This document shows positions 50,664 to 64,000 of a DNA stretch of 64,000 bases, piece by piece (positions within the stretch are counted from its first letter, which is position 1; the number at the start of each line of letters is the position of its first letter). The stretch covers positions 11,470,001 through 11,534,000 of the forward strand of contig OZ231126.1 of assembly GCA_965153355.1 (NCBI GenBank). The letters run 5' to 3'. Under the pieces are notes generated by a model. It searched no databases and was not told the DNA's origin. It was given only the letters and a program-made list of their open reading frames with translations. This DNA is from Flaccisagitta enflata. Taxonomy: Eukaryota. The translations under genes were made by a program, and so were the position numbers.

Positions 50664-51580
50664 CAGCACAAATCACACAAACTATAAAACCCAAAAAAAT
50701 AGATTTGGCTCATTTTTGGTGTACAGATAGCCCAGGTGGAGATATGCATAAATCCCGAATTTTTTTGCTCTACGACGCATATTTTGGATTTTACAGGGGT
50801 TTGAAATTTGGCCCCCCCGGGGTACCCCCAAATCTTTAAAGGGCCATAACTTGGCCTGTAGTTGAGCTAGAGAGACAATCTTGGTGTCAATCATCTAGTT
50901 TTGGACCAAAGAATCTGATACAACAAAAAAACTGGTCAAAATAATTTTTTTGGGGGGTGATTACCCCTAGGGGTGGTTATTTGGGGTACCCCGGGGTACC
51001 TAGTACGGTGAAATTTGGAAAAATTCAAATTGAAAAAGAAACTTCATGGTTTTTTGTATCATATTCAAAAATAAAAAACATGTGTATAGACCTCCTAGAC
51101 GCTGAAAAAAAAATAATAAAATGGCTTGTTGGGCCATTTTTCTCATTTTCACCCAAAAATGGCCCGAGAAGGGTAAAAATGTAACAAATAGCCCGACAAG
51201 CCATTTTTTATTTTTTTCAGTATTAAGGATGTCTATACATGTTTTTTATTTTGAATAATTCAAAACCATGAAGTTTCTTTCAATTTAATTTTCCAAATTT
51301 CATCATTGCAAGGTAGCCACTGAATCACCCAGAAAGTCCATTGTTGTATCAGATTTGGTCCCAAAGATGTCTTTCCAGCTCAACTACAGGCCAAGTTATG
51401 GCTCTTTAAAGATTTGGGGGTACCCTGGGGGGGCCAAATTTCAAACCCCCGTAAAATCCAAAATATGCGTCGTAGAGCAAAAAAATTCGGGATTTATGCA
51501 TATCTCCACTTGGGCTATCTGTACACCAAAAATGAGCCAAATCTATTTTTTTGGGTTTTATAGTTTGTGTGATTTGTGCT
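50664..51580. mobile_element. Foldback/palindromic element in FHAD1-like intron 6
   Basis: AGCACAAATCACACAAACTATAAAACCC... is inverted at 51580; a second inner arm pair lies near 51010-51140 / 51195-51300. Confidence 0.8.
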
Positions 51581-51817
51581 TACAAGATGCTCACAAGATG
51601 GCTTTTATCGTTTTTTAAAAGTTTATTTCGTTCATTTCATTTGATCTCATCCGTTCATTTCATTTTCTTCATTTCATTCACTTCATTGATTTCGTTCCTC
51701 CAGTCATTGATTTATTGATCGATTCACTCATTGACTTGACTTGATTCATTTCTAGGCTCATCTATTGAATCGTTTCTAGATTCATTCATTCAATTCCTCC
51801 ATCCAATCCTTGAACAG

Positions 51818-52475
51818 ACAACGCGTGGCTGACACGATCTTCGAGTGCGTCAAAGCGTTGGGCGACAACCTGCGCAAAAGCGAAGGCGTTGTTCAAACTT
51901 ACGCCGCGGAATTCCAAAGACTCAAAGACTTGGAGGAAGTCTCAAATCGCCTCAAAGCCGAATTGGATTCTATGGCCAAAAATCTGCAAAGAGAATTCGA
52001 GGAAAATAAAATGTTGAAAGAAGCCTTAAGAAGAGCCAAAGAAAGCCTCAATTTTGAGAAAAGACTCAACGCGAGTATTAAAGAGAAGAAACAATTCTAC
52101 GTGGAAAATCCGCATCCTCAACAACATTTGCAGCATCAGCAACAGCATCATTTGCCGCATCGGAAAGGTGCTACGGGAGGAGGCAGCGGTAAGTCGACCA
52201 CGCTGCCGGCTGCGCTGCCGCTGACGTCGTCCGGTTCTGTTGCTGCAGCTGCTGCTGCCGCCGCTGCTGCTGCAGGGACATCGTCATCGTCGACGGCGTT
52301 GGCCAAGGAGTTGGAGAGAGAAGTCGGTAAACGGAAATCGCTTCAAGAAACGACGAAGAAAAAAGACGAAGAAATTCGGACGTTGAAAATGGAAATGAAC
52401 AAAATGAGAGCTGCTAGGATGGAAGGCATTAAGAGGACTGGAAGAAGTGGAGGAGGAGGAACTGAAAAGTATTAA
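51818..52475 (+). CDS. FHAD1: FHAD1-like terminal exon 7
   Basis: tgaacag acceptor (phase 2); coiled coil to TAA at 52473-52475. The seven exons sum to 2709 nt = 902 aa plus stop. Confidence 0.85.
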
Positions 52476-53901
52476 ATCGCATTGATTTCATTTTTGTAAA
52501 TGATGGGACTGGGAGATGTGATATTTAATCTTCCTAACATTCTATCTATGTTTATTTTAGTCAAATTTCTTCCAAATTGCTTCCAAATAAGCAGTCCCAT
52601 CTTAAGAATTACATGAAGTTTAGTCGGCGGCCTCTGATCTAATTGAAATTAACGTCTCATAGTGATATCCCCATTTGATCTTCTTCTTTTTGACTAGCAT
52701 TGATCATCCTCTCATGGACCCTTTTGATCTCTCACGAGAAAGATATTCAAATTGCAAAAAAAAATGTCTAACTAATTTTATTTCTTTGATAATCGATAAA
52801 GAATTCTTTCATCACCGCCACCCGATCATTTGTGCAGATTTCATCCTTCAGATTAATCAAATACCTTTGTGCATAATTCTCGAGTATTCTGTTTTCTCTT
52901 TATTCTCTCGGAAATTTGATTGAAGATATATTCAGTAGCTTGCAATGAATTACGGAACCGAAACTCTCTATGAATCCGCGATTATAAGGCAGAAAAAGAC
53001 ACGGGGGAATAGTCAATAGTCAATAGTCAATAGTCAGTAGGAGTAAATATCTCGTTCACAACCTAATTTGCATAATGCGGTTTGGCACAAGATCATCGTT
53101 TTGGTGACTTAAGATTAGGAAAACCGCAAATTGCTATTGAAGAGGTAGTTGAGAGGTAGTATCTAGCCTTAGAAAGACACAGGAAAGCAGCTAATCTTTG
53201 CGATTGGAAATAATGGACGCATTTCCAAACTCTTAAAAGTAATCAACCCATTGAATCGATGTGAACGAATCATAAAACAAATCAATTCACAAATTGCGGA
53301 AATGATTCTCTTCCGTACGATAAAAGATCACACTCCGGCGACTTGTGAAGTAAGAACCGGAGTCACTTTCAGAGTTAGTCAGTCAGCTAAGACGCAGCGC
53401 CGACATTTCGGGTCATCTGTGCCATTCAAAATGATGCTAAGGAGATGCAAGATGGAGTAAAACCGGTTTTTACTCTGGTTTACTGTCCTTCGAACGGGAA
53501 AAAATGATTGATTGAATGAATAATGGACAATCGTAATGACCAAATTCATGTGAGAATAAACAACTGAATGAAATCTGGATAGCAAATGTCGATAACCTTC
53601 GTGCAGCGTCCTTTAAGCTTTTACTATGTCAATGAATGAATCAAGTAACGAATGAATGAATGAAGTGTAGAATGAATAATTGAATGAAAAAAGGTAAAGA
53701 ATGAATAAATGAATGAATAAATGAATGAATGAATGAATGAATGAATGAATGAATGAATGAATGAATGAATGAATTAAAGAATGAATGAATGAATGAATGA
53801 ATGAATGAATGAATGAATGAATGAATGAATGAATGAATGAATGAATGAATGAATGAATGAATGAATGAATGAATGAATGAATATTCAATGTATTTCCAAA
53901 C

Positions 53902-54035
53902 CTGTAGACTTTGTGTCGACCTTCAACGAGTTTTCCATCTGGTTTTGTCTTGCAAGCTTTGATTTTGTCGATGTCCGAATTTGCATGGAAAAGCTCGAAA
54001 CAAAACTTTTTGCTTTTGTCCGAAACCTCGCGCAC
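53902..54035 (-). CDS. CYTH1: Cytohesin PH-domain exon: VREVSDKSKKFCFELFHANSDIDKIKACKTKPDGKLVEGRHKVYR
   Basis: ttttag acceptor, AG|gtttgg donor (phase 2); IKACKT..DG..VEG.H.VYR motif. Confidence 0.95.
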
Positions 54036-54081
54036 CTAAAAACAGAAAGAAACAAATGTGGTTTATGATGATGATGATGAT

Positions 54082-54115
<34 letters not shown>

Positions 54116-54174
54116 TGATGGATGATGGGTGATGGGTGATGGATGATGGATGATGGATGATGGATGATGATGAT

Positions 54175-54271
<97 letters not shown>

Positions 54272-54326
54272 TTTGATGATGTATGATGATGGATGATGAT
54301 GGCGATGATGATGATGATGATGATGA

Positions 54327-54360
<34 letters not shown>

Positions 54361-54453
54361 TGATGATGATGATGATTGATGATATGAAAGAAGAAAGAAA
54401 GAAAGAAAGAAAGAAAGAAGAAAGAAAGAAAGAAAGAAGAAGAAAGAAAGAAA

Positions 54454-54494
<41 letters not shown>

Positions 54495-54502
54495 AAAAAG
54501 GA

Positions 54503-54542
<40 letters not shown>

Positions 54543-54548
54543 AAAAAA

Positions 54549-54579
<31 letters not shown>

Positions 54580-55711
54580 GGAAAGATAGAAAGAAAAAGA
54601 GAACGTGATTAACAGAAAGGCAATGTAAAGAATTTAAGAAATATAGATTTTTAGTTAAATCGATGCATGACGAATGCTATTTGAAAGAGCAAAAACGTGA
54701 CTCAAGTGTTAACAAAAACGAGAATATGACTCAAATTTGTGTAAACATTGGATAACTTTAGACGGTTTATCGCTTTTTCGGCTGAGATGCATCGTCAACC
54801 TTAACTCAAGCATTGCTCAGAGCCTCAGCCTACCACGTTTCAATACCAACCCAGGTTTCCCCACACACCCTGTTTTTATTATCATTGATTTATTTTTGTT
54901 ACTGTATTCTTTACCCGGACCATAATTTTCATTCTTTAAGTCGCGGACACGCAACTCTGCACCTCGCTATGTCCGTCTTCCCGTCCTTCCCTCCGTTATT
55001 TTTGAAAATATGTTTTTTTGTCTTTTTTGTAGTGTTTTAGGTCATTGTTAAGTATGTAGGTGTGAAACACTGCTGTATTGTAGTTCTGTTGTACTGTATT
55101 ACTGCCGGTGCCAGACTGTGCGCGACTTTTGCTCACGAGCTTGTTTTACATAATTTCTCCAAAAGTGAATCTTTTCTACTGAATTTGTATTGTTCATTGG
55201 ACAGACGAAATGTGACGTTATTTCGTGGTTTTCAAAACAATTTCCCACAGAACAAAGTTTTCGGTCCACCGCCGCCCAAGCTTAAATTCTGCCTAAATCA
55301 TTATCTCCATCGTCACAATATGTAATCTACTTTGAGACATTTCCCAGTTGAAACTTGTGGCGTCCTGCCCTTCTTTAAAAAGTTTTACCGCCCTTCTTTT
55401 CATTGTCCTCCTTAGTGAATAAAGATTTGTCCCAACTTGCCCCTTCCCTTAAAACTGTCCTGTTCTTCCGTCGATTGTCCTTTTCTTCCTTGTTAACATT
55501 GCAATGGGAAGATGTCATGTCCTTTCTTTCTTTCTTTCTTTCCATCTTTCTTTCATTATTTCTTTCTCTCTTTCTTTCTTTTTTTTTCTTTTTTTTTCTT
55601 TTCTTTTTTTTTCTTTTTTTTACTTTTTTTCTTTTTTTTACTTTTTTTCTTTTTTTCTTTTTTTCTTTTTTTCTTTTTTTCTTTTTTTCTTTTTTTCTTT
55701 TTTTCTTTTTT

Positions 55712-55752
<41 letters not shown>

Positions 55753-55959
55753 TTTATTTCTTTCGTTCTTTCTTTGTTTCTTTGTTTCTTTCATTCTTTC
55801 ATTCTTTCTGTCTGTATTTTTTTTTCTGTCTTTTATTTTCTTTTTTTCTTTCTTTCTTTCTTTCTTTCTTTTTTTTTTTCTTTCTTTCTTTCTTTCTTTC
55901 TTTTTTTCTTTCTTTTTTTTTTTTTTTTCTTTTTCTCTTTCTTTCTTTCTTTCTTTCCT

Positions 55960-56035
<76 letters not shown>

Positions 56036-56055
56036 TTTTTCTCTCTTTCTTTCTC

Positions 56056-56095
<40 letters not shown>

Positions 56096-56659
56096 TGTTT
56101 CTCTCTTTGTTCCATTCATTCATTCATTCATTCATTCATTCATTCATTCATTCATTCATTCATTCATTCATTCATTCCTTCTGTTTTGACAATCCCCCTT
56201 GGAATTTTCAAATCTCGACTCGATCTTGACTGGAATAAACTGGACTGGAATGAAAGAGGGTGAGTCATTTAATTGACTCCCACGTCCCCAAACAAAGACG
56301 AGGTTCGACCCTACCTTACCTTACCTTACCTTACCTTACCTTACCTGACCTCAACTGACTTAACCTGCTCAAATCTCGTTATTCGCTAATGTACACACCG
56401 AAAGATAATGCCTCAAGAATGAGTCAGACTCAGAAAAGAGTTGATCTGGGATCATGAGCAGAAGAAAAGTCCTTTGTTTGACATTTCTGTGGCATAAGCC
56501 GTATGGCATATGGCAAAAGCCGTATGGCCTAAGCCGTATGGCATGACACATTTATCCATAAAAGGCCATGTTCGTCTGTCTGTCTTATACCTCCGCGCGT
56601 TTGCTTGTCCAATTGTCTGTTTGTCCACGTTCATGTATCATTGTATCTTTTATGTTTAA

Positions 56660-57242
56660 CACCTGTCCGGATATTATTGTCCCACTAGTGTCACAACTTT
56701 AGATGCCTCACTATTGCTGGTGGGGAACAATATAAATCTCTGTTATTGGATGTCAGATGAGTATTTCCTAGTATGTTTCACATTGTTTTCTGTATTCAAT
56801 CCCATTTTGGTTGCTTTATATCAACTTAATCATCCCTTGACCACTAGCCAGCAACGCCCTGGTATAAATTTTTCTATAGCTTTGGTTTGAATTTTTAAAG
56901 GGTTCACCTCTAGGAAATCCATCAAAATCCATGGGCAAATTGAAGAACTTTTCAAAAGCTTTTTAGCTGTGACATCCGCATCTGAGTATCTATCTTTATA
57001 AAGATTTGGTAGGTATCTGAAGTTGATTAGATTTTTCTGGTAATTTTGCAACGATTTGCATGGGCAATGTTTTTACTCTTTTTTATCTTATTCGATTTTG
57101 TATGAAGCAATCCAGGCAAAATTCATGAGCAAAATGAAGATTTTTTCAAGCTCTAACTGGTGGAAAAATCTGCATGTTGCTAAATATCCCCGTTCTGATT
57201 TGTCAGTTGTTTGATTTTGGGACAATAATATCCGGACAGGTG
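56660..57242. mobile_element. piggyBac-like MITE, 583 bp
   Basis: Perfect 25-bp TIR CACCTGTCCGGATATTATTGTCCCA; flanked by TTAA (left) and TTAG (right). Confidence 0.8.
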
Positions 57243-57618
57243 TTAGTATGTCTTTAGGCCCTTGCGTCTGTTGGTCATTGGATTTGTTTGTCCGTTTATT
57301 TGTTTGTCCGTGCGTCTTTTTGTCGTCACAGGTCAGTTGTTTGCCCAATTGGCCTTGATAACATGTTATCATGAGAGAATTAATATTGGATTCTCAAGAG
57401 GGATAATGCCTCTGGGCTCTTTGTCCCTGTCCTTGTCCCTGTTTTTGTCCTCGCTCTTGTCTTTCTGTGTTTTTTTTCTTTTTCTGTTACCTGCAGATTC
57501 TCAAGAGGGATGAGGCCTTTGAGCTCTTTATCCCTGTCGCTATCCCCGTCCTTGTCGCTACTTTTGTCCCTGTCTCCTGTCTTTTCTGCATTTTTTTTTT
57601 TTTTTTTTTTTTTGTTAC

Positions 57619-57738
57619 CTGCAGATTTTCGAGAGGAATGATGCCTCTGGGTTCTTTGTCTGTCGTGTACTCGAAATAATAGAGGCAATTGTCGTTGAGA
57701 ATGAACCATCTTCGCTTCCAATTCTTCACTCGTCCTCC
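57619..57738 (-). CDS. CYTH1: Cytohesin PH-domain exon: [40 protein letters not shown]
   Basis: tttgcctcag acceptor, CAG|gtaac donor, 120 nt; close match to the cytohesin PH sequence. Confidence 0.97.
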
Positions 57739-57944
57739 CTGAGGCAAAAAAAGGAAAGGAGACATGGTAGAATCTTGCTCTTACGAATTCGTTTCAAGCG
57801 GAAACCCATCTGTAATGGAAAGAAGCAAAAGATTAGTCTATTTTGTTTCCACTTTTGCATTTGTCCTCCCCGAGGAAACAGAACAAGATGCTTTAGAATC
57901 CAATGATTTCAAAAGGTGTTATCTGTACCTTTTTTAGTGACAGG

Positions 57945-58686
57945 CAGAGGTGCCGATTTTGCTATGCTGCCGCGTAGCATGAAAAATCCAGCACAAGCTG
58001 CCGCATTTTTCACACTTACACGACTACGTAAATTCTTTCCTGATCCCGCCCCTGTCTATCTGAAGTGCTCATTACAATTATTTCGCTGCTTGGAGTCAAG
58101 TACGCCTGTGCCAACGTACTTCTCACTTTTGCACTAGCGCAGATGCATGCGTACTGACCCTTATCAAAACAATCGGTCACCATCCATCACGTCATTCTCC
58201 TGAGATTTTTTCTTTAAGTAATATTCTTTCGAACAAAACGCGATCGTGTTTGGCAGAAATGCTTCTGAAGAAGAATTGCTGTTTTGCATTGTTATAACGA
58301 AGTCAATTCGAGCACATATCCGATCATAGAAATGATGACATATTTAACACTCAGAATCATTTTGTTGTCGTTTTAAGAACGTTTATCAGCGTGCATAAAT
58401 GTTTTGACTGCAATATGCAAATGAGGTTTTCATCCACTAGGAATAACAGGACGGCAGACGGTTTTGAGGTAGGTGAAAACACCAGCGCTGGTGTTGTCGG
58501 CCTGTCGCGTATTTCGTCAATTTTGAGAATGGCGTAAAGCTCATGAAGCTCACGAAGGAGAAATTGAAAATCTGGCATTAAGCGTTTCACGTTTGCCCCT
58601 TCACTCCGCCCCCCTCCTCCTGCCGCACTTTGGCGCTTGCCTGCCGCGTAGCATTGCTACCATGCTACGCAAAATCGGCTCCTCTG
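57945..58686. mobile_element. hAT-like non-autonomous element, 742 bp, in a cytohesin intron
   Basis: CAGAGGTGCCGATTTTGC / GCAAAATCGGCTCCTCTG TIRs; 8-bp TSD gtgacagg at 57937-57944 and 58687-58694. Confidence 0.9.
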
Positions 58687-59717
58687 GTGACAGGCAAATC
58701 ACAGTCACTTCTCATTTCTTCATTCATCCTCATTAACCAAAGCGATAGGATACGGTTAAGTCCCACTCTAGTAAGTCCGTTACGACTCACGAGTGGAAAA
58801 AGAAGTATGTCACACATTCAGCTCTTAAAATTCTCCACCTTAAAGGAAACTCCTAAAAAGGTATCAAAGATCTGCCCATTCTGTTTAGTCATGCACAACT
58901 TGTTAATGATAGCTGTTGTCTCTGAGTTGAGAGGAATTTGGGATATTCCAGAAAGATATCTCAGAGAAAATGAATGTCTTTTCAAAAATGGGTTAAGCGT
59001 ATTTATCATTAACAACATAATTCTTTGGTTTGCAAACTTTTTGCAACAAAACATTTTATTGTCGGATGATGATTGAGTAGACATTTGAAGGTGTTTGCTA
59101 AAAAAGTTTTTTTACAACTTTCCCGAATCCCGATGATACACAACTTAACTTAAAGAACTTTTCCACTCAGCAATAGTGCCTTTTTGCCTACGTGTACCTG
59201 ACCTTATCTTTTTATTTTTCTGACCTTGAACTATCATTTTCTCCCCAAAAAGAATGTCAAATATCGTTGTTACGAAATAAGTTCGTGGGAAGAAGAGTTC
59301 AATCAATAAATCTTAATTGCCCGAGAGTTCATTTTTTTCCCTTTTGACTATTTCGTTCGTTACACATGACATTTCCTGTTTAGCAGTATCTTTGAGTTTG
59401 ATTATTTTACTCATGAATGCATCAGTTCACACATTATTTTCCAAAATGTCTGACAAATTACAACGTTGAATGATGAAAAAAAAAGAAGAAAAACAACCAA
59501 AACAATATCAACAGTCTTGAACTAAAATAACCCCTTTAAGCCCACCCAACCCAGTTTCACCGTTTAAATTCTTTCACTCTTGAAAATAAAAACGTGTTTT
59601 CCTAATTTGTGGTTTGATTTTGATTTGATTATGCAAATTGATTCAAAGAGATTTAATCTCCGATTTCCTTGATTGTAAAAAGGCGCCTCCCATTTTCAAA
59701 AAGCGCCGCCCCGAACG

Positions 59718-59831
<114 letters not shown>

Positions 59832-61715
59832 CACACAAGCATTCACTTCCATACGGTATTTTTCAAAAGCAATGTTGAAAAAGAATTGAGAGTTCAGTTG
59901 TTGATTTATAGGTTTGTAAATAATAATTCCGCCCCCCCCCCTCCGATCTAATTGCAAACAAAGGAAGGATTTTACTTTCTTGAGCCCCTTAAAGCCCCTT
60001 TTTAGTCGCGCACACGCGACTCTACACATTGCCGTATCGGTCGGTCCGTCCGTCGGTCCGTCGGTCACATTTCTGAATTCTGAGCGGTTTTTGCAGTACT
60101 GCTCCTACTTTTCATACGTATCACTATCACTCGGCACGATGATTAGCATGCCCGACGGTCAATGAAAGCATGACCTTGATTCTTAAGAAACGATTAATTT
60201 TTTATTGTGGGGGGAGGGGCTTTGTTCCATCAACTTCCATAATTTCGTCTCTCACCTTTCCTTCCAATCTACCCAAGTTTAAGGATTATCTTTTTCTTAA
60301 ACCTCAAGAAAAACAAATTAATCGCCCCTCAACGCCCCCCCCCCCCCCCGCCCCCTCCGGCCCTCCATCGATCAAAGTTCAAGATTTTTTTGGGCCATGG
60401 GAATCTTTCAAGAACCAATCATAAAGAGAAGAGCACTTGACATTTCCTTGACCACTTAAAAGATCGAGACCTGTTTTGAGGGTAACCAGCGAGAATAGGG
60501 GTGGGGTGGGGGGTAGGGTGGGGTATTGTCCCTCGGATGTGATTTATCCACTAAGAGAGAACGGTGATGGGGATTAGAGGGAGGAATGGGGTAGTGTAAG
60601 AGTCTGAGCTGAGTTGGGGCGCAAGTAGAGGCCGATCTGGTTAGGAAGCGAGGGTGAGCTTGTGATGATAAGTTACTGGGCGCTTACAGTCATCAAGTGC
60701 AGAAATAAAGACGGAAACGGAAACATCATTTGAATAAAGAGATTTAGGTTTTCTGGACAGTGAAAAGTCTTTCACATCCACCACTGATGGAAAAAACACT
60801 TAACGTCTTCTCATCCCTCTCAAGCCACCTGCTGTGTGGTACAACGAAAAAACGATGAGCACTGTTGGAGATGCGGTCAATCAGAGGTTAAGCCCCCCCC
60901 CCCCCTCGTGGGAAAAGGGGTTTTATTGGCAGACGGGATATTGTGATCTCTTTCATGGATTCATGGTCTTTTATTGAAATACCCTTTTTGGGCAGCGGCC
61001 CCAAAGGGGACGAAGTCCTGTAGAACACAGGGGGACTTTTGTTCGTCCATTCGTTCGTTCATTTGTCCGTGCGCCCCCCCAGGCCCTCTCAGGCCTGAAA
61101 TCTGCCTTCTCAGACCTAAAATCCGCCCTCTCAGGCCTGAAATCTGCCCTGTCAGGCCTTGAATCTGCCCTCTCAGTCCTGAAATTTGCCCTTTCAGACC
61201 TGTTACCTGTCCTCTTAGGCCTAAAATCCGCCTTCTCAGGCCTAAAATCTGCCCTGTCAGGCCTTGAATCTGCCCTCTCAGGCCTGAAATTTGCCCTTTC
61301 AGACCAGTTACCTGTCCTCAAAGGCCTAAAATCTACCCTCCCCGGCCTGAAATCTGCCCTCTCAGATTCAAGGCCTGAGAGGGCAGATTTCAGGCCTGAG
61401 AGGGCAGATTTTAGGCCTGAGAGGGCAGATTTCAGGCCTGAGAGGGCCTGGGGGGGGGCGGATGGACGAACGGACGAACGAAAGTCTCCCTGTGTTCTAC
61501 AGGACTTTGTCCTCTTTGGGGTCGCTGCCCTGCCTCTCATTCCAATTTACAACCATGCAAAGCAGGGCAACGGGTATCGCTGACCACGTACTGCCCTTGA
61601 GCGACCTGTTATTATCTCTACGAGCACTATCCCCATAGCCGAACCAAGACCCCCTCATAATGCTCCCAAATCAAGACTCCCTCCCCCTCAAATTCAATAA
61701 GGGGCCTTCATATAC

Positions 61716-61829
61716 CTGTTTTAAGAGCCAGCCTTCTTTATCCGGATTGAAGAAGGTGAAAACGAGATCATCACTGTCATCCAAGGGAATCTTAAAGGGC
61801 TCCTTCTTGATACTTTCGTACAAATCCAC
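61716..61829 (-). CDS. CYTH1: Cytohesin (ARF-GEF) exon, Sec7 C-terminus/linker/PH start: [38 protein letters not shown]
   Basis: catctcag acceptor, CAG|gtatat donor, 114 nt; hallmark EPFKIP..D..TFFNPD.EGWLLK motif. Confidence 0.95.
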
Positions 61830-62496
61830 CTGAGATGTGGGAGGGGGAAAGAAATATAAAAGAGATAAGAATATTACTGTCATTCAAGGGAATCTTAAAG
61901 GGCTCCTTCTTGATACTTTTGTACCAATCCACCCGGCAAAGAAACAAGGGCAAGCGGTTGGTGGGGGGGGGCGGAAAATAAAATTGAAACTGCCTCAAAT
62001 TCACCTTAATGCCGGTCGTTCATTATACGAATTTTGTATACTTCTCTCAATTTATATGTTCTTTTGTCAATCGGTTTGTTGGTCGGTACTTTGATTACCT
62101 TTAAGCAAAATAATCGCTATGGATACGGTGAAGCTAACGCAGGGTTCTGAAGCAGGGTTCTGCAGTATGATTAGTGAGGTATGAATATAGTCCAAATCTC
62201 AAAGATAGTCTGATGTTGTGGGGAAACCGATTGCTAAAGAATGACAAAGAATGAATTTGTTGGTCGATTTCTTGCTTTGATATTCTCTGTTGTTAGCCGT
62301 TAAATGCAGATAAAAAGAAAACGACTTTTTTGTTTTGGTTTGAAGAGGAATTTGTTTGATGATTTCATCATTCGCGCATCAATAAAAAAATTACTAGTTT
62401 CCCATCGTCAGGTCTTCTTGGGTGGCTGATTTTGCTTACACACGCTCTACCTAATCTCATTTTATCACTGTTTTTCCTTTTCTTCTTCTTCCTCTC

Positions 62497-62528
<32 letters not shown>

Positions 62529-62562
62529 TTTCTTTTTCTTTTTCTTTTTCTTTTTCTTTTTC

Positions 62563-62593
<31 letters not shown>

Positions 62594-63088
62594 TTTCTTC
62601 CTCATATTCTTTCTTCTTCTTCTTCTTCTTCATCTTCTTCTTCTTCTTCTTCTTCTTCTTCTTCTTCTCCTTCTTCTTCTTCTTCTTCTTCTTCTTCTTC
62701 TTCTTCTTCTTCTTCTTCTTCTTCTTCTTCTTCTTCTTCTTCTTCTTCTTCTTCTTCTTCTTCTTTTTCTTCTTCTTTTGGCTTTCTTTCCAAGAAGAAC
62801 TGAAACCAAAAATCGTAAAATGCAAGCAGAAGAACCTCGAAAAAGTTTATCAACAAACTCTCCAAAATCCAGGGTCTTAAAAAGGTCTCTTTTAGGGGTT
62901 GAAGGACCTGTCCCTCTCTGAGTGGTGGAGGGTCACAAGGGGGTGTCTGTCTTAAGTAGGGGTGGCCCTCTTGAGTGCGGCAGCAGCGGCACTGGTAATA
63001 GTAAGAGGGGCTCTTAGAATTAGGTTATCGCGCAATCAGAAATAGAAAATCAACAAAAAATGAGCCAGATTGTTAGAGCTTTTGGTTG

Positions 63089-63127
<39 letters not shown>

Positions 63128-63905
63128 CCGGCGGACAATGAAGCAAACAAGCGAGATACAGAAACAGAGGCGGCTTTTTGGGCGCCCAAAGGGTTTCACC
63201 TTTCCCAGAAATTGAGGGCTTGAAAGCTTTAAAAAAAGAAAGAAAAAGAAAGAAAGAAATAAAAAGGTAGGAAAGGAAGAGAAAAAGAAAAAGAAATAAA
63301 TTTAAAAAGAAAAAAAAGAGAAAGTGAAAATTGAAAAGAAAGAAAGAAAGAAAGAAAAAAAGAAAGAAAGAAAAGAGACAACTTTCTTCGCTTCTAGAGT
63401 TAACAGAATTTCGTCCCGTTTCCGCATTGAGGCTTGGATATCTCATAAATTTTACACGATAGCAATTGTGGGCCGTTCCAGATAAAGCGTAACCACAGGT
63501 AATGGTGATTAGTATCAATCCCCTGCGACAAGTGGGTCTAAAGAGATCACGAAAATATCTCGATTTTTTCCAAAAATGTAACCAAAGACAGAAATAGAGA
63601 CCAAATTTGCAAACCACTTTAAAAGATTCCCTGGTTGCATTTTGGAAAAGGATAAAGATATTTTGGGTGATGGTCATAAATAGTCACGAGGTTCTCATTA
63701 CAAAAAGTCGCGTATGATTCAAAATAGCTTCTCAAAATGCGTGACTAGTTTTTTACAGATTGTAAACTGTAATATACAAATCAGATTTTTGAAAGACAAT
63801 TCTCGTAGGTGTTGATGAGGGTGTCGAGGCCGAACGATGTATAGACTGCCATAATGAAAAGAAAACAGAAAGAAACAAAAATAGTAACAAGTAAAAGAGG
63901 AGGAA

Positions 63906-63965
<60 letters not shown>

Positions 63966-64000
63966 AATAAGCACATCTACAAATCAACAAACCAAGAGAG

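Noticed and set aside
58818-59084. 88-aa AT-rich ORF as a transposase remnant
   Set aside because: No recognisable motif or element boundaries.
63780-63860. Possible upstream cytohesin Sec7 exon
   Set aside because: None of the three - strand frames matches the expected Sec7 motif (IMLNTSLHN...MNRGIN); upstream exons lie outside the window.

Overview
Eukaryotic, intron-rich invertebrate-type metazoan DNA saturated with microsatellites, minisatellites and non-autonomous DNA transposons; most ORFs in the supplied track are repeat translations. Four protein-coding units were assembled by hand from GT/AG sites with consistent phase. (1) The 3' end of an NHL-repeat protein gene (- strand, exons 10064-9970, 8375-8150, 6795-6719); its stop is a leaky-context UGA-CUA followed by 140 more in-frame codons. 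(2) A single intact 1626-nt ABCA (ABCA5-like) transporter exon (- strand, 24698-23073) with no recognisable partner exons in the window. (3) The last four exons of a cytohesin ARF-GEF (- strand, 61829-41348). (4) A complete 7-exon, 902-aa FHAD1-like coiled-coil gene lacking the FHA domain (+ strand, 43730-52475), nested antisense in the last cytohesin intron. The most striking unexplained pattern is that 7 of the 15 exons have degenerate tandem 'echo' copies of a splice junction plus exon edge in the adjacent intron. The TE landscape includes an 8.7-kb Mutator-like element with a 9-bp TSD (empty site preserved next door), hAT elements with 8-bp TSDs, long-TIR foldback elements, piggyBac/Kolobok/Tc1-like MITEs and many Helentron/DINE-1-like elements. 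Family assignments come from motif recognition, not database searches.
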